Assembly (NCBI GenBank): GCA_902546375.1
Contig: CACCJO010000002.1
Span: 20,995 to 84,994, forward strand
Source: an uncultured Pelagibacteraceae bacterium
GTDB lineage: Bacteria > Pseudomonadota > Alphaproteobacteria > Pelagibacterales > Pelagibacteraceae
Direction of reading: 5' to 3'
DNA: 64,000 nucleotides
In this document: positions 1 to 9,904 of the stretch, piece after piece
How positions within the stretch are numbered: the stretch's first letter is position 1
Layout: every line of letters starts with the position of its first letter
Position numbers and translations under genes: made by a program
The notes under the pieces: model-generated
What the model was told of the DNA's origin: nothing
The model's database searches: none
Seen by the model: the letters and a program-made list of their open reading frames with translations, nothing else

Positions 1-710
1 TCAATAATCTAGGTTCAAAAAATATTGCAGATCGAATTAAAAGAAATAATCCAACTGGATTACTTGGAATAAATATTGGACCTAATAAAGACTCAGAAGA
101 TAGAACAAATGATTATATACAGTGTTTAAAAATGTTTAACGGGGTCTCTGATTATATCACTGTTAATATTTCCTCACCAAACACCGAAGATTTAAGAAAC
201 TTTCACGATCAAAAAAAATTAGATGATCTTTTAAAACTAATAGAAAAAGAGAGGAGAAATCTTAACTCTAAAACACCTATAGCGGTAAAAGTATCACCAG
301 ATATTAATGATAAAGAAATTATGAAAATTTCTGAAGTGCTTTTAGATAACAAGATAGAAGCTGCTATTATTTCTAACACATCTGATACAACAAGAGAAAA
401 TTTACAAAATACTCAAGGCTATCAAAAAGGAGGATTATCCGGGAAACCTATTGAGTTAAAGTCTTCAGAGTTGATCAGAAAATTTTATAAAGTTTTAAAA
501 GGCAGAATCAAAATTATAGGCGTAGGTGGTGTGGACTCTGGCAGATCTGCTTATCAAAAATTTTTAGCAGGAGCTGATTATTTACAACTTTATACAGGCA
601 TGGTTTTTAGAGGTCCAAATATTGTTAGTCTAATTAAAAAAGAGCTGAAGGAAATATTATTAAAAGATGGTGTAAAAAACTTTAATGAAATAGTAGGAAA
701 AAAGGATTAG
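1..710 (+). CDS. pyrD: Quinone-dependent dihydroorotate dehydrogenase (class 2), 5'-truncated by window edge
   Basis: Frame is open from position 3 (NNLGS...GINIGPNK). Motifs VNISSPNT, VKVSPD, SNT, GGLSG, IGVGGV and QLYT. Confidence 0.95.
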   Translation, partial: NNLGSKNIADRIKRNNPTGLLGINIGPNKDSEDRTNDYIQCLKMFNGVSDYITVNISSPNTEDLRNFHDQKKLDDLLKLIEKERRNLNSKTPIAVKVSPDINDKEIMKISEVLLDNKIEAAIISNTSDTTRENLQNTQGYQKGGLSGKPIELKSSELIRKFYKVLKGRIKIIGVGGVDSGRSAYQKFLAGADYLQLYTGMVFRGPNIVSLIKKELKEILLKDGVKNFNEIVGKKD

Positions 711-725
711 AATAATCTAATAAAC

Positions 726-754
726 TTGACGTCATCAATATCTCACTTTATATA
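726..754 (+). promoter_or_regulatory. Putative sigma70 promoter of rpmB
   Basis: TTGACG (726-731), 17-nt spacer, TATATA (749-754), ending 12 nt before the rpmB ATG. Confidence 0.55.
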
Positions 755-766
755 GTCGAACAAATT

Positions 767-1081
767 ATGACAAAAAAATGCGAATTAACCGGGAAAAATC
801 CAATGAAAGGTCATAACGTTAGTCATGCTAACAATAAGACGAAAAGAAGATTCTTACCTAATTTAAAAAAAGTAAAATTTACAAGTGAACTTTTAAAAAG
901 AAGCTTAAAATTAACAGTGAGTAATGCAGGGGTTAGATCAGTAGATAAAAAAGGTAGTTTTGATGAATTTCTAAAATCTGTAAAAAATAAGAATTTATCT
1001 CCTAGATTAAAAAAACTAAAAAAAAGCTTATTAATTAAATCTCCATTTCAAAAAAAACCTATTCAATCTAAAACTGCATAA
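767..1081 (+). CDS. rpmB: 50S ribosomal protein bL28
   Basis: CELTGK...[19 protein letters not shown] signature. Confidence 0.97.
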   Translation: MTKKCELTGKNPMKGHNVSHANNKTKRRFLPNLKKVKFTSELLKRSLKLTVSNAGVRSVDKKGSFDEFLKSVKNKNLSPRLKKLKKSLLIKSPFQKKPIQSKTA

Positions 1082-1629
1082 TGAATAAAACATTTTTGAC
1101 ACTTTCATTTTTAATGGGGCTTGTTGTACTAGCTTCTAATTATTTGGTTCAATTTCCTATTAAATATTATGGACTGGAGGAGATATTAACATACGGAGCT
1201 TTTAGTTACCCGATCGCATTTTTAATAACCGATTTAGCTAATAGATCTTTTGGAAAGTTGATTGCTAGAAAAATTGTCTACATTGGTTTTTCGATAGGAA
1301 TTTTATTTACATTAATATTTTCCACAAATTTCACTGATCTAATCTCAATACGAATAGCAATCGGATCAGGAACAGCATTTATTATTGCTCAACTTTTAGA
1401 TGTTCAGATATTTGATCAATTAAGACAAAAAAAATGGTTCGTTGCTCCTCTAATATCCTCTTTAATTGGATCTACCGTTGATACTTTTATATTTTTTTCC
1501 ATATCTTTTTATGGAACAGGAATACCATGGGTAACGTTATCTCTAGGTGACTTGGCAGTTAAAATTTTTGTTGCCTTAGTAATGTTGATACCTTTTAGGT
1601 TATTGCTAGGTACTTTAAAAGCAGCCTGA
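1081..1629 (+). CDS. Queuosine precursor transporter (VUT/YhhQ family)
   Basis: Hydrophobic. ASNYLV, YPIAFLITD, RIAIGSGTAF..AQLLDV and GSTVDTFIFF motifs. TAATG overlap with rpmB. Confidence 0.85.
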   Translation: MNKTFLTLSFLMGLVVLASNYLVQFPIKYYGLEEILTYGAFSYPIAFLITDLANRSFGKLIARKIVYIGFSIGILFTLIFSTNFTDLISIRIAIGSGTAFIIAQLLDVQIFDQLRQKKWFVAPLISSLIGSTVDTFIFFSISFYGTGIPWVTLSLGDLAVKIFVALVMLIPFRLLLGTLKAA

Positions 1630-2682
1630 CTAAATAATGGGCTCTTGTTGTGTCATACAATGTATTGCGCCAAAACCCCATATTAGTTTACTGCAGTCAA
1701 CTGTTTCGACTTTTCTATTTTTAAAATAATTTTTGAAAATTTTAATTGCAATTTTATCCTCTTTTACCTTAAAGATGGGAAGCAAAACTTTTTTATTACA
1801 AATATAAAAGTTCATATAACTAGCTGGAACTCTCGTTTTATCTATAAATATGGGTGAGGGCATAGGTACTTTTATGATTTTAAATTTTTTACCCCTTTCA
1901 TCTCTAGATTTCTTTAATATCTTTAAATTTTCATTAAGATTTTTGTAATTTTTGTCATTTTTATTTTTTTCGATTGCAGTCATAATTGTATTTCTTGATA
2001 CAAATCTGGAAATATCATCAACATGGCCATGTGTATCGTCACCAATAATACCTTTTTTTAACCATATAAAATTTTTTATATTTAAATATTTATTAAATAT
2101 TCCCTCATAGTCTTTCTTATTAAACTTTTTATTTCTCTCCTGAATTTTGCTTAATAAACATTCTTCTGTTAATAAAATTGTTCCTGTACCATTTACGTCA
2201 AACGCCCCACCTTCCATTATTACTTTTCTTGATTTCCCATTTTTTTTGATAGCTGGATTAATTTTTTTTAATTTGATGATTTTACTTAGTTTATCATTAA
2301 TTTTATTGTCATTTTCGTAATTTTTATATTTTGCCCAGCCATTAAATATGAAGTTTAATATAATTTTTTTTTTATACTTTTTGTTAATTAAAAAAATTGG
2401 ACCTGAGTCTCTCAACCATATTCTATCAGTTTTTATCTTATGGAAACTAACATTCTTAATTTTGCTTGATTTGAAGATTTTTTTGATGCTCTCGATTTTA
2501 TTGTTAATAATCAAATTAACCTTTTGATGTTTTGATATTTTATATATAATTTCCAAAATTACGTCAGGAATGAATTTATATAAACCAGGCCAATCGTTTT
2601 TGTTATAAGGCCACGCAATCCAGACAGATTTTTGTTTCTCCCATTCACCAGGCATTCTAAATCCACTAAGTTTTTCACTCAT
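1630..2682 (-). CDS. aguA: Agmatine deiminase (PPAD family)
   Basis: RMPGEWE, WLRDSGP, EGG, DDTHGHVDD, ASYMNFY and the catalytic Cys in GAIHCMTQQ. Confidence 0.93.
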   Translation of the reverse strand: MSEKLSGFRMPGEWEKQKSVWIAWPYNKNDWPGLYKFIPDVILEIIYKISKHQKVNLIINNKIESIKKIFKSSKIKNVSFHKIKTDRIWLRDSGPIFLINKKYKKKIILNFIFNGWAKYKNYENDNKINDKLSKIIKLKKINPAIKKNGKSRKVIMEGGAFDVNGTGTILLTEECLLSKIQERNKKFNKKDYEGIFNKYLNIKNFIWLKKGIIGDDTHGHVDDISRFVSRNTIMTAIEKNKNDKNYKNLNENLKILKKSRDERGKKFKIIKVPMPSPIFIDKTRVPASYMNFYICNKKVLLPIFKVKEDKIAIKIFKNYFKNRKVETVDCSKLIWGFGAIHCMTQQEPII

Positions 2683-3556
2683 CTTCAGGATTTTTTAATA
2701 TACCTTTATAAAAATCAATTCTTCGATCTCGTAAAAAGGGCCAATGTTGTCTAACTTTGTCTATTTTTTTGTAATCAACTTCCCGAATTAAAATTTGCTC
2801 TTTATTATTACTAAGTTTTCCAATTATTTGGCCACTTGGATCAATTATCATAGAATTTCCCCAGAATTCTATTTTCTTTTTACCTTTCTTTTCAGTTCCT
2901 ACTCTGTTTATGGCAACTACATAGGTTCCATTTGCGATAGCATGAGATTTTTGCATAGTAATCCATGAATCTAATTGAGATTTACCAAATTTCCTTTTTT
3001 CTTTTGGATGCCATCCAATAGCTGTAGGATAAAAAATTATTTGTGCACCTTTTAGTGCTGTTAGTCTAGCAGCTTCAGGAAACCATTGATCCCAACATAT
3101 TAAAGGTCCAATTTTACCAAACTTTGTTTTGATAGATTTAAATCCTAAATCCCCAGGAGTAAAATAAAATTTTTCATAATACCCAGGGTCATCAGGAATA
3201 TGCATTTTTCTATACTTTGACAATATTTTACCTATATCATTTATAACAACACTCGTATTATGATAAAAACCATGTGTTTTTTTTTCAAATAAAGAAATAA
3301 TTAAAACTATTTTTAATTCTTTTGCTAAATCACAAAATATTTTTGTTGTTTTTCCTGGTATCTTTTCAGCTAGTCTAAAATTTGAGTGGTTTTCTGTTTG
3401 ACAAAAATAATTTGATAAAAATAGTTCTGGCAAACAAACTATTTTAGCTTTTTTTGATGCAGCTTTTTTTATATTTTTAATCGCTAAGTCTAAATTTTCT
3501 TTAATATTACTTGAGATTTTACTTTGAATAATTCCAATTTTAATTTTTTTGACCAT
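2675..3556 (-). CDS. aguB: N-carbamoylputrescine amidohydrolase (nitrilase superfamily)
   Basis: Glu-Lys-Cys triad in LPELF, YRKMHIPDDPGYYEKFYF and ICWDQWFPE. Overlaps aguA. Confidence 0.9.
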   Translation of the reverse strand: MVKKIKIGIIQSKISSNIKENLDLAIKNIKKAASKKAKIVCLPELFLSNYFCQTENHSNFRLAEKIPGKTTKIFCDLAKELKIVLIISLFEKKTHGFYHNTSVVINDIGKILSKYRKMHIPDDPGYYEKFYFTPGDLGFKSIKTKFGKIGPLICWDQWFPEAARLTALKGAQIIFYPTAIGWHPKEKRKFGKSQLDSWITMQKSHAIANGTYVVAINRVGTEKKGKKKIEFWGNSMIIDPSGQIIGKLSNNKEQILIREVDYKKIDKVRQHWPFLRDRRIDFYKGILKNPEDE

Positions 3557-3559
3557 TAA

Positions 3560-4600
3560 TCAAAATATTTTGGAGAAGTTTTTTCTTTCTCTATTTTTCC
3601 ATTCTCCAGTATGATAAGCATTACTTGCAATTAATGGAAGAACACTAGTAGCTTCAGCAAATACCATTTGCTCTTTGTTTATATCAACCTTACCCCACGA
3701 GCTTGCCTCTTTTAGTGTTGAGCTACTACATGCGCCATCTCTCGAGTCAGCAACTGTGATTTGAATGGCATATTTGTGCATATCAACCTCTTTTCCTAAA
3801 AGCTCAGCGCAAATTACTGTATCTTGTATAAAATTTTTAGGAACACCGCCACCAATCATAAATAACCCTGATCCTTTAGATTTAATTTTTATCTCTGTTA
3901 ATTCTCTAAATTCCCTTATTGAGTCCATAGTTATATGATTTTTTGGATTTTTCTCTTGGTGCATCACTAATCCAAAACCTGCGCTTGAGTCGGTAAATGC
4001 TGGACAGAATATTGGAACATTATTGTCATATGCTGTTTCAATCAAAGATCCCTTCTTTTTAGCATTTGACTTTAAATATTTACCAATTTCTCTAATAAAC
4101 TCTCTTGATGTATAAGTTTTTGGTTTTAGTTTATCAGCTATTTCTCCAATTGTTTTATCACACAATTGAAGCTCCTCCTCATCGATGTAAGTGTCATAAA
4201 TCCTGTCTATGTAATTTTTTCTGAGCTCATTATCATTTTGATACTGTGAACCTTGATAATGTTTAAATCCAAGTGCCTCAAAAAAATCCATATCTATTAT
4301 AGACGCTCCAGTTGCAACAATTGCATCTACCATGTTGTATTTGACCATATCTCTGTAAATATGCATACATCCTGCCGCTGAAGTAGATCCTGCTAATGTT
4401 AAAAAAATTGTACATTCTTTGTCTTTTAACATTTCATTATAGATATTGGCTGCATTTGCCGTTTCTCTTGAAACAAAAGACATTTTTTCCATGGAAGAGA
4501 TAATTTTTCTAGAGTCGAAAGATGTAATATCAATATGTTCTACAGGTTTTTTTAAGAAATCTTTTTTACTGTTGTGACCAAGATTTTTATTTTCTGACAT
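3560..4600 (-). CDS. Deoxyhypusine synthase-like protein (SpeY-type, homospermidine pathway)
   Basis: DAIVATGA, DRIYD, PAFTDS, GGGVPKNF and EASSWGKV (catalytic Lys) of the DHS family. Confidence 0.9.
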   Translation of the reverse strand: MSENKNLGHNSKKDFLKKPVEHIDITSFDSRKIISSMEKMSFVSRETANAANIYNEMLKDKECTIFLTLAGSTSAAGCMHIYRDMVKYNMVDAIVATGASIIDMDFFEALGFKHYQGSQYQNDNELRKNYIDRIYDTYIDEEELQLCDKTIGEIADKLKPKTYTSREFIREIGKYLKSNAKKKGSLIETAYDNNVPIFCPAFTDSSAGFGLVMHQEKNPKNHITMDSIREFRELTEIKIKSKGSGLFMIGGGVPKNFIQDTVICAELLGKEVDMHKYAIQITVADSRDGACSSSTLKEASSWGKVDINKEQMVFAEATSVLPLIASNAYHTGEWKNRERKNFSKIF

Positions 4601-5784
4601 TAAGCAACTAGAGTAGCTTTGTCTGAATTCTTATCATACATAGACATTATTGGTTTATCCTCAACCTCATAAATCTCATCAGAGTAATAACCATTAAATT
4701 GAGTTCTAAAAGTTAAGCCATATGATCCTAATTGGCCAAGTTCAATGTAATCATTTTCTTTAATATTATTCGGAAGTAGGAAGGGACCTTTCATATAATC
4801 CATACTGTCACAGGTTGGTCCATAAAAATCAAATGCAGTCATTTTCTTGGAAATAATCTTACTTGAATTTTCTTTAATTAATTTTGATGGAAAAACTATA
4901 TTAGGTGTTCCAGCATCAAAAAGTGTACCGTAAGTACCATCATTAATATAAAGTTTTTGTTTTTTTCTTAGATTAACTCTCACAATTGTTGATCCACTTT
5001 CTGCAACCAAAGCTCTCCCGGGTTCACAAATTATTTGAGGCATATTTTTTAGATTTAAATTTTCTAAACTTTTTTTAATTTCCTCCATATAACTTTCCAA
5101 AGATAGAGGCACAAGATCAGGATAAATTGTCGGGAAACCTCCACCGATATTAATATAATCTGGAATTATTTTAGTTTTTTTAATTATATTTCCCACTTCA
5201 TTAATTCCTTTAGAGTATGAAATTGGATGCATACATTGAGAACCAACATGAAAACTTAAGCCAATTTTTTTTGAATGAAGTTTTGCAAGTCTTAACAGTC
5301 CTGAAGCTTCAGAATTCAATGCACCGAATTTTTTTGATAAATCTATTTCAGCATGTTCATTGGAAACAGCAACTCTAATAAATAATTCTAAATCTTTAGC
5401 ATTGTCTGTTGTTTCGATAATTTTTATTAATTCGTCTTTAGTATCTAAAGCGAAAGTTTTTATTCCAAAATTGTAATAAGCTTCCTTTATGCTTTCTCTA
5501 CTTTTAACAGTATGCATATAAGAACATTTTGCAGTATTATCAAATTTCCTCACTGCTTTGATTTCTTCGATAGACGCAACATCAAATTGATTAATTCCAC
5601 TTCTTATCAAAGTTTTGATAACTTCAGGATGGGGATTAGTTTTTACAGCATATAGTATTTTTCCTGGAAACTTTTTTTGAAAGAATTTTGATGCAGAAAG
5701 AATAGAATTCTTTCTTATACAATAGACAGGTTTTTCCGGTTTCAGTTGGTTAACTAATTCTTCAACTGACTTAAATTTTTGCAT
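4600..5784 (-). CDS. Group IV (alanine-racemase fold) PLP decarboxylase, ornithine/arginine decarboxylase-like
   Basis: YAVKTNP (PLP Lys), FDVAS, SFHVGSQ, IGGGFP, EPGR and GPTCDSMD. ATG 5784 follows a G-rich SD-like run, so it is preferred over TTG 5814. Confidence 0.9.
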   Translation of the reverse strand: MQKFKSVEELVNQLKPEKPVYCIRKNSILSASKFFQKKFPGKILYAVKTNPHPEVIKTLIRSGINQFDVASIEEIKAVRKFDNTAKCSYMHTVKSRESIKEAYYNFGIKTFALDTKDELIKIIETTDNAKDLELFIRVAVSNEHAEIDLSKKFGALNSEASGLLRLAKLHSKKIGLSFHVGSQCMHPISYSKGINEVGNIIKKTKIIPDYINIGGGFPTIYPDLVPLSLESYMEEIKKSLENLNLKNMPQIICEPGRALVAESGSTIVRVNLRKKQKLYINDGTYGTLFDAGTPNIVFPSKLIKENSSKIISKKMTAFDFYGPTCDSMDYMKGPFLLPNNIKENDYIELGQLGSYGLTFRTQFNGYYSDEIYEVEDKPIMSMYDKNSDKATLVA

Positions 5785-5930
5785 TTTAAATGCCCCCCAA
5801 AAAAAATTTAACAAAAAAAAAGCTTTTTATTTAAAAAACTTTAATAATCGAGCAATTAATCAAATAGTTATTCAATGTAAAGCAAATAATGGCCTATTGA
5901 AATACGGAAAAAAGTGATCATATTAGGTTC

Positions 5931-6494
5931 ATGAAAAACGAAGCTCCATTACAAAATCTGGCTGATTTTGACAATAAATCCTTATTAATCGTGGATGATG
6001 ACAATCCTTTTAGGGAGAGATTAGCGAGAGCGATGGAAAAGAAGGGGTTTGAAGTTTTACAAGCTGAGAGTGTGCAAAAGGGTAAAGACATGGTTAAAGT
6101 AAAAAAACCGGGTTTTGCAGTAGTTGACCTTAGGTTAAATGATGGAAATGGATTAGAGGTTGTAAAAGAAATTCAATCATCAAATTCACAAAGTCGTATC
6201 ATAATGCTAACTGGCTATGGAAATATTCCAACTGCTGTAGCTGCAATCAAAGAGGGTGCTATTGACTATTTAGCTAAACCAGCAGATGCGGACGATGTAG
6301 AAAAAGCATTATTAGCAGATCCATCAAAAAAAGCTGCGCCTCCTGAAAATCCAATGTCAGCAGATAGGGTTAAATGGGAACATATTCACAGAGTATTTGA
6401 ATTATGTAATAGAAATGTTTCTGAGACTGCGAGAAGACTTAAAATGCATAGAAGAACTCTTCAAAGAATATTATCTAAAAGATCGCCTAAATAA
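5931..6494 (+). CDS. regA: Redox response regulator RegA/PrrA/ActR
   Basis: Receiver domain plus the invariant PPENPMSADRVKWEHIHRVFELCNRNVSETARRLKMHRRTLQRIL HTH. Confidence 0.96.
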   Translation: MKNEAPLQNLADFDNKSLLIVDDDNPFRERLARAMEKKGFEVLQAESVQKGKDMVKVKKPGFAVVDLRLNDGNGLEVVKEIQSSNSQSRIIMLTGYGNIPTAVAAIKEGAIDYLAKPADADDVEKALLADPSKKAAPPENPMSADRVKWEHIHRVFELCNRNVSETARRLKMHRRTLQRILSKRSPK

Positions 6495-7038
6495 ATTTTC
6501 TAAATTTTATAATTTTCTTCGCTAAAAAAGTAAGTAGACAAATTTTGAAAATTTCAGCAACTAAAAAAGGCAATACACCTAATTTTAAAATAGGTTTATC
6601 CCAACCAATTAATGTACCTAGCCACAGAATACCTAGGATATAAATTGTTGAAACTGAAAATATTAATTTAAAAAAAATTAAAAAATAATTATCATCATTT
6701 TTTATGAATGAGGCTAAAAAACACGCTGATAGAAATCCAATTAAATACCCCATTGTTGGACCTGTGAAATAAGCCAAACCTATTCCTCTTTCAGGAGAAT
6801 TAGAAAATACTGGTAAACCCAATATACCTTCTAATAAGTATAAACTTACAGTGGCTAGAGCTATTTTATATCCGAAGCTAATACCTAAAAATAAAACTAT
6901 GAATGTTTGCATAGTCATTGGAACTGGATAAAAAGGTATCTTGATTTTGGCGGAAATTGTAAGAATTATTGAACCTATAAAGATAACCAATAATGATTTT
7001 ACAAGCTGGTTTTGAGTATTTTGCTTTATAAGTTCCAT
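6487..7038 (-). CDS. bioY: Biotin transporter BioY
   Basis: PVPMTMQTF, GLPVFS and GPTMGYLIGF motifs. Hydrophobic. Confidence 0.93.
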   Translation of the reverse strand: MELIKQNTQNQLVKSLLVIFIGSIILTISAKIKIPFYPVPMTMQTFIVLFLGISFGYKIALATVSLYLLEGILGLPVFSNSPERGIGLAYFTGPTMGYLIGFLSACFLASFIKNDDNYFLIFFKLIFSVSTIYILGILWLGTLIGWDKPILKLGVLPFLVAEIFKICLLTFLAKKIIKFRKFI

Positions 7039-7084
7039 AAAAAATAATACTCTTATTTTTATCTTTAATCTATATTAAATTTTA

Positions 7085-9859
7085 ATGAATAAGATTCAAA
7101 AAACAGATCATTTTTATCTAATTGATGGATCAGGTTATATATTTAGAGCTTATTATGCCTTACCACCATTAACTCGAAAAAGTGATGGATTACCGACTGG
7201 AGCAGTAAGTGGTTTTTGCAGCATGTTGTTTAAACTTCTTGAAGACTCAAAATCAAATGAAAATCTACAGAAACCAACTCATTTTGCTGTTATTTTTGAC
7301 TCAGCGAGAAAGACTTTTAGAAATGAAATCTATAGTGATTACAAAGCTAATCGATCTGAGGCACCAGATGACTTAGCACCACAATTTGAATATATAAGAA
7401 AATCAGTTTTAGCCTTTAATTTACCCTCTGTTGAATTAGTTAATTATGAAGCAGATGATTTAATAGCAACTTATGTTGATCAGATTTTAAAAAAAGGAGC
7501 AAAGGTAACAATAGTTTCATCAGATAAAGATTTGATGCAATTGTATAGAAAAGATGTTCGTATTTTTGATCCAATGAAAAATAAGTTCATCTCTAATGAG
7601 GATGTAAAAAATAAATTTGGAGTAGATCCAGATAAAGTTATAGATGTTCAGGCTCTAGCTGGGGATAGCAGTGATAATGTTCCTGGCGTTCCTGGTATTG
7701 GTGTAAAAACTGCAGCAGAATTGATTAATAAGTATGGCGATTTAGAGACACTTTTAAAATCGGCAGATGAAATCAAACAAAATAAGAGAAGAGAGACTTT
7801 ATTAAACAACAAAGATAAAGCTTTAATAAGTAAAAAATTAGTAACATTAAAGCACGATGCTCCAATTGAAATGAAACTCAATGATTTTGAATTAAAAAGA
7901 ATTGATAAAGATAAACTTTATAAATTTCTAAGAGAAATGGAGTTTAATAGGTTACTTAGCTCTGCCATTTCTGCTTATGGGGAACCAGATTTTAATGGTG
8001 AAAAAAAGGATGTTCAGATAAAGGAAAAAAAAGTTGAAATTGATAAGAAAAATTATTTTTTAATAACAGAACACAGTAAAATTGATGCATGGATTAAGGA
8101 AGCTGAGGAAATAGGAGAAGTTGCAGTTGATACAGAAACAAATTCTTTAGATCCTCATCAAGCAGATTTAGTTGGAGTATCTTTGAGCTCTAAGATTGGA
8201 AAAGCTTGTTACATACCAATAGGACATAATTCAAAAAAATGCATTGATAAAGACATAGTGCTTAAAAAATTAAAACCTTTACTTGAAGATCCAAGTATCA
8301 AAAAAATAGGTCAGAACATTAAATTTGATTTTATTGTATTTTTCAATCACGGGATAACACTATCAGCTATGGAGGATACCATGCTCATGTCTTATGTGCT
8401 AGATGCAGGAAAAAATAGACACAATATGGATACGTTATCTGAAATTCATCTGAATCATAAAACAATAAAATTCAAAGAATTAGTTGGTTCTGGAAAGAAA
8501 CAGATAAATTTTAGTGAAGTCGATTTAGAAAAAGCAAAAGATTATGCCGCTGAGGACGCTGACATAACTTATAGACTATATAAAAAATTCTATAAAAGTT
8601 TGAAAGAAGAAAAAATGATTAATATTTATGAAATTTTTGAAAAGCCATTACTTAGAATTTTAGCTGATATGGAAATACAGGGTATTAAAGTTGATAAAAA
8701 GTTTCTCAAAACATTATCTACCAAATTTGAAAAAAAGATTGAAAAAATTCAGAAAGAAGTTTTTAAACTCTCAAAGAAAGAGTTTAATATTGCTTCTCCA
8801 AAACAACTGGGTGAAATTTTATATAATGATCTTAAGATTGCAGACTTAAAAAAAACTAAAAAGGGAAGCTTTGCAACAAGTGCCACAGTGTTAGAAGATC
8901 TTGCTTTTAAAGGTCATAAATTTCCACAATTAGTCTTAGACTGGCGGCAAGTTTCAAAACTAAAAAATACTTATTCAGACTCATTACCTGAACATATTAA
9001 TCCCGATACAAAAAAAGTTCATACTTCTTTTTTATTAGCAGCAACGACTACAGGACGATTAGCTTCAAGTGATCCTAACTTGCAAAATATTCCAATTAAA
9101 TCAGAAGATGGCAGAGATATTCGTAAAGCTTTTGTTGCTGACAAGGATAATATTTTAATTTCAGCAGACTATAATCAAATTGAAATGAGAATTTTAGCTG
9201 ATTTGGCCGATGTTAAAGAATTAAAAAAAGCTTTTCAAAATAATGAGGATATACACTCTTTAACTGCTAGCCAAATTTTTAATATTGATATTAATAAGGT
9301 GAATCAAGATCAAAGAAGAAAGGCTAAAGCCATAAACTTTGGAATAATTTATGGAATTTCGCAGTATGGATTAGCGAAGCAAATAAATGTCTCTAATTTT
9401 GAAGCGGAAGAGTTTCTAAATTCATATTTCTCAAAGTTCCCTGAGATAAAAGTTTATATGGATCGAACAATTAAATTTTGTAGAAAAAGCGGTTATGTAA
9501 GTAATATTTTTGGAAGAAGATCTCACTTTATAAATATAAATGATAAAAATTATAACGTGAGAAACTTTCAAGAACGTGCAGCAATTAATGCTCCAATACA
9601 AGGTTCTGCTGCTGAAATAATGAGATTAGCAATGATAAGAATTGATAAAAAATTAAATGAGCAAAAATTCAACAAAACAAAGATGTTACTTCAAATCCAT
9701 GACGAACTAATTTTTGAATGTCCCAAAAATGAAGTAAAAAAAATATCCAAAGTGATAATTGAAGAAATGTCTAGCGTTGCTGAGAGTGATCAACATTCTT
9801 TCTCAATACCTCTTACAGTAGATTTAAACACCGGAGAAAATTGGGGTACATTACATTAA
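7085..9859 (+). CDS. polA: DNA polymerase I
   Basis: 5'-3' exonuclease (LIDGSGYIFRAYYA, GDSSDNVPGV), 3'-5' exonuclease (DTET), polymerase motifs (TGRLASSDPNLQNIP, ADYNQIEMR, QIHDEL). Confidence 0.98.
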   Translation: MNKIQKTDHFYLIDGSGYIFRAYYALPPLTRKSDGLPTGAVSGFCSMLFKLLEDSKSNENLQKPTHFAVIFDSARKTFRNEIYSDYKANRSEAPDDLAPQFEYIRKSVLAFNLPSVELVNYEADDLIATYVDQILKKGAKVTIVSSDKDLMQLYRKDVRIFDPMKNKFISNEDVKNKFGVDPDKVIDVQALAGDSSDNVPGVPGIGVKTAAELINKYGDLETLLKSADEIKQNKRRETLLNNKDKALISKKLVTLKHDAPIEMKLNDFELKRIDKDKLYKFLREMEFNRLLSSAISAYGEPDFNGEKKDVQIKEKKVEIDKKNYFLITEHSKIDAWIKEAEEIGEVAVDTETNSLDPHQADLVGVSLSSKIGKACYIPIGHNSKKCIDKDIVLKKLKPLLEDPSIKKIGQNIKFDFIVFFNHGITLSAMEDTMLMSYVLDAGKNRHNMDTLSEIHLNHKTIKFKELVGSGKKQINFSEVDLEKAKDYAAEDADITYRLYKKFYKSLKEEKMINIYEIFEKPLLRILADMEIQGIKVDKKFLKTLSTKFEKKIEKIQKEVFKLSKKEFNIASPKQLGEILYNDLKIADLKKTKKGSFATSATVLEDLAFKGHKFPQLVLDWRQVSKLKNTYSDSLPEHINPDTKKVHTSFLLAATTTGRLASSDPNLQNIPIKSEDGRDIRKAFVADKDNILISADYNQIEMRILADLADVKELKKAFQNNEDIHSLTASQIFNIDINKVNQDQRRKAKAINFGIIYGISQYGLAKQINVSNFEAEEFLNSYFSKFPEIKVYMDRTIKFCRKSGYVSNIFGRRSHFININDKNYNVRNFQERAAINAPIQGSAAEIMRLAMIRIDKKLNEQKFNKTKMLLQIHDELIFECPKNEVKKISKVIIEEMSSVAESDQHSFSIPLTVDLNTGENWGTLH

Positions 9860-9904
9860 TTTATTTGCCCAAATTAGAACAATTTAGTATTTTTATAATT
9901 AAGT

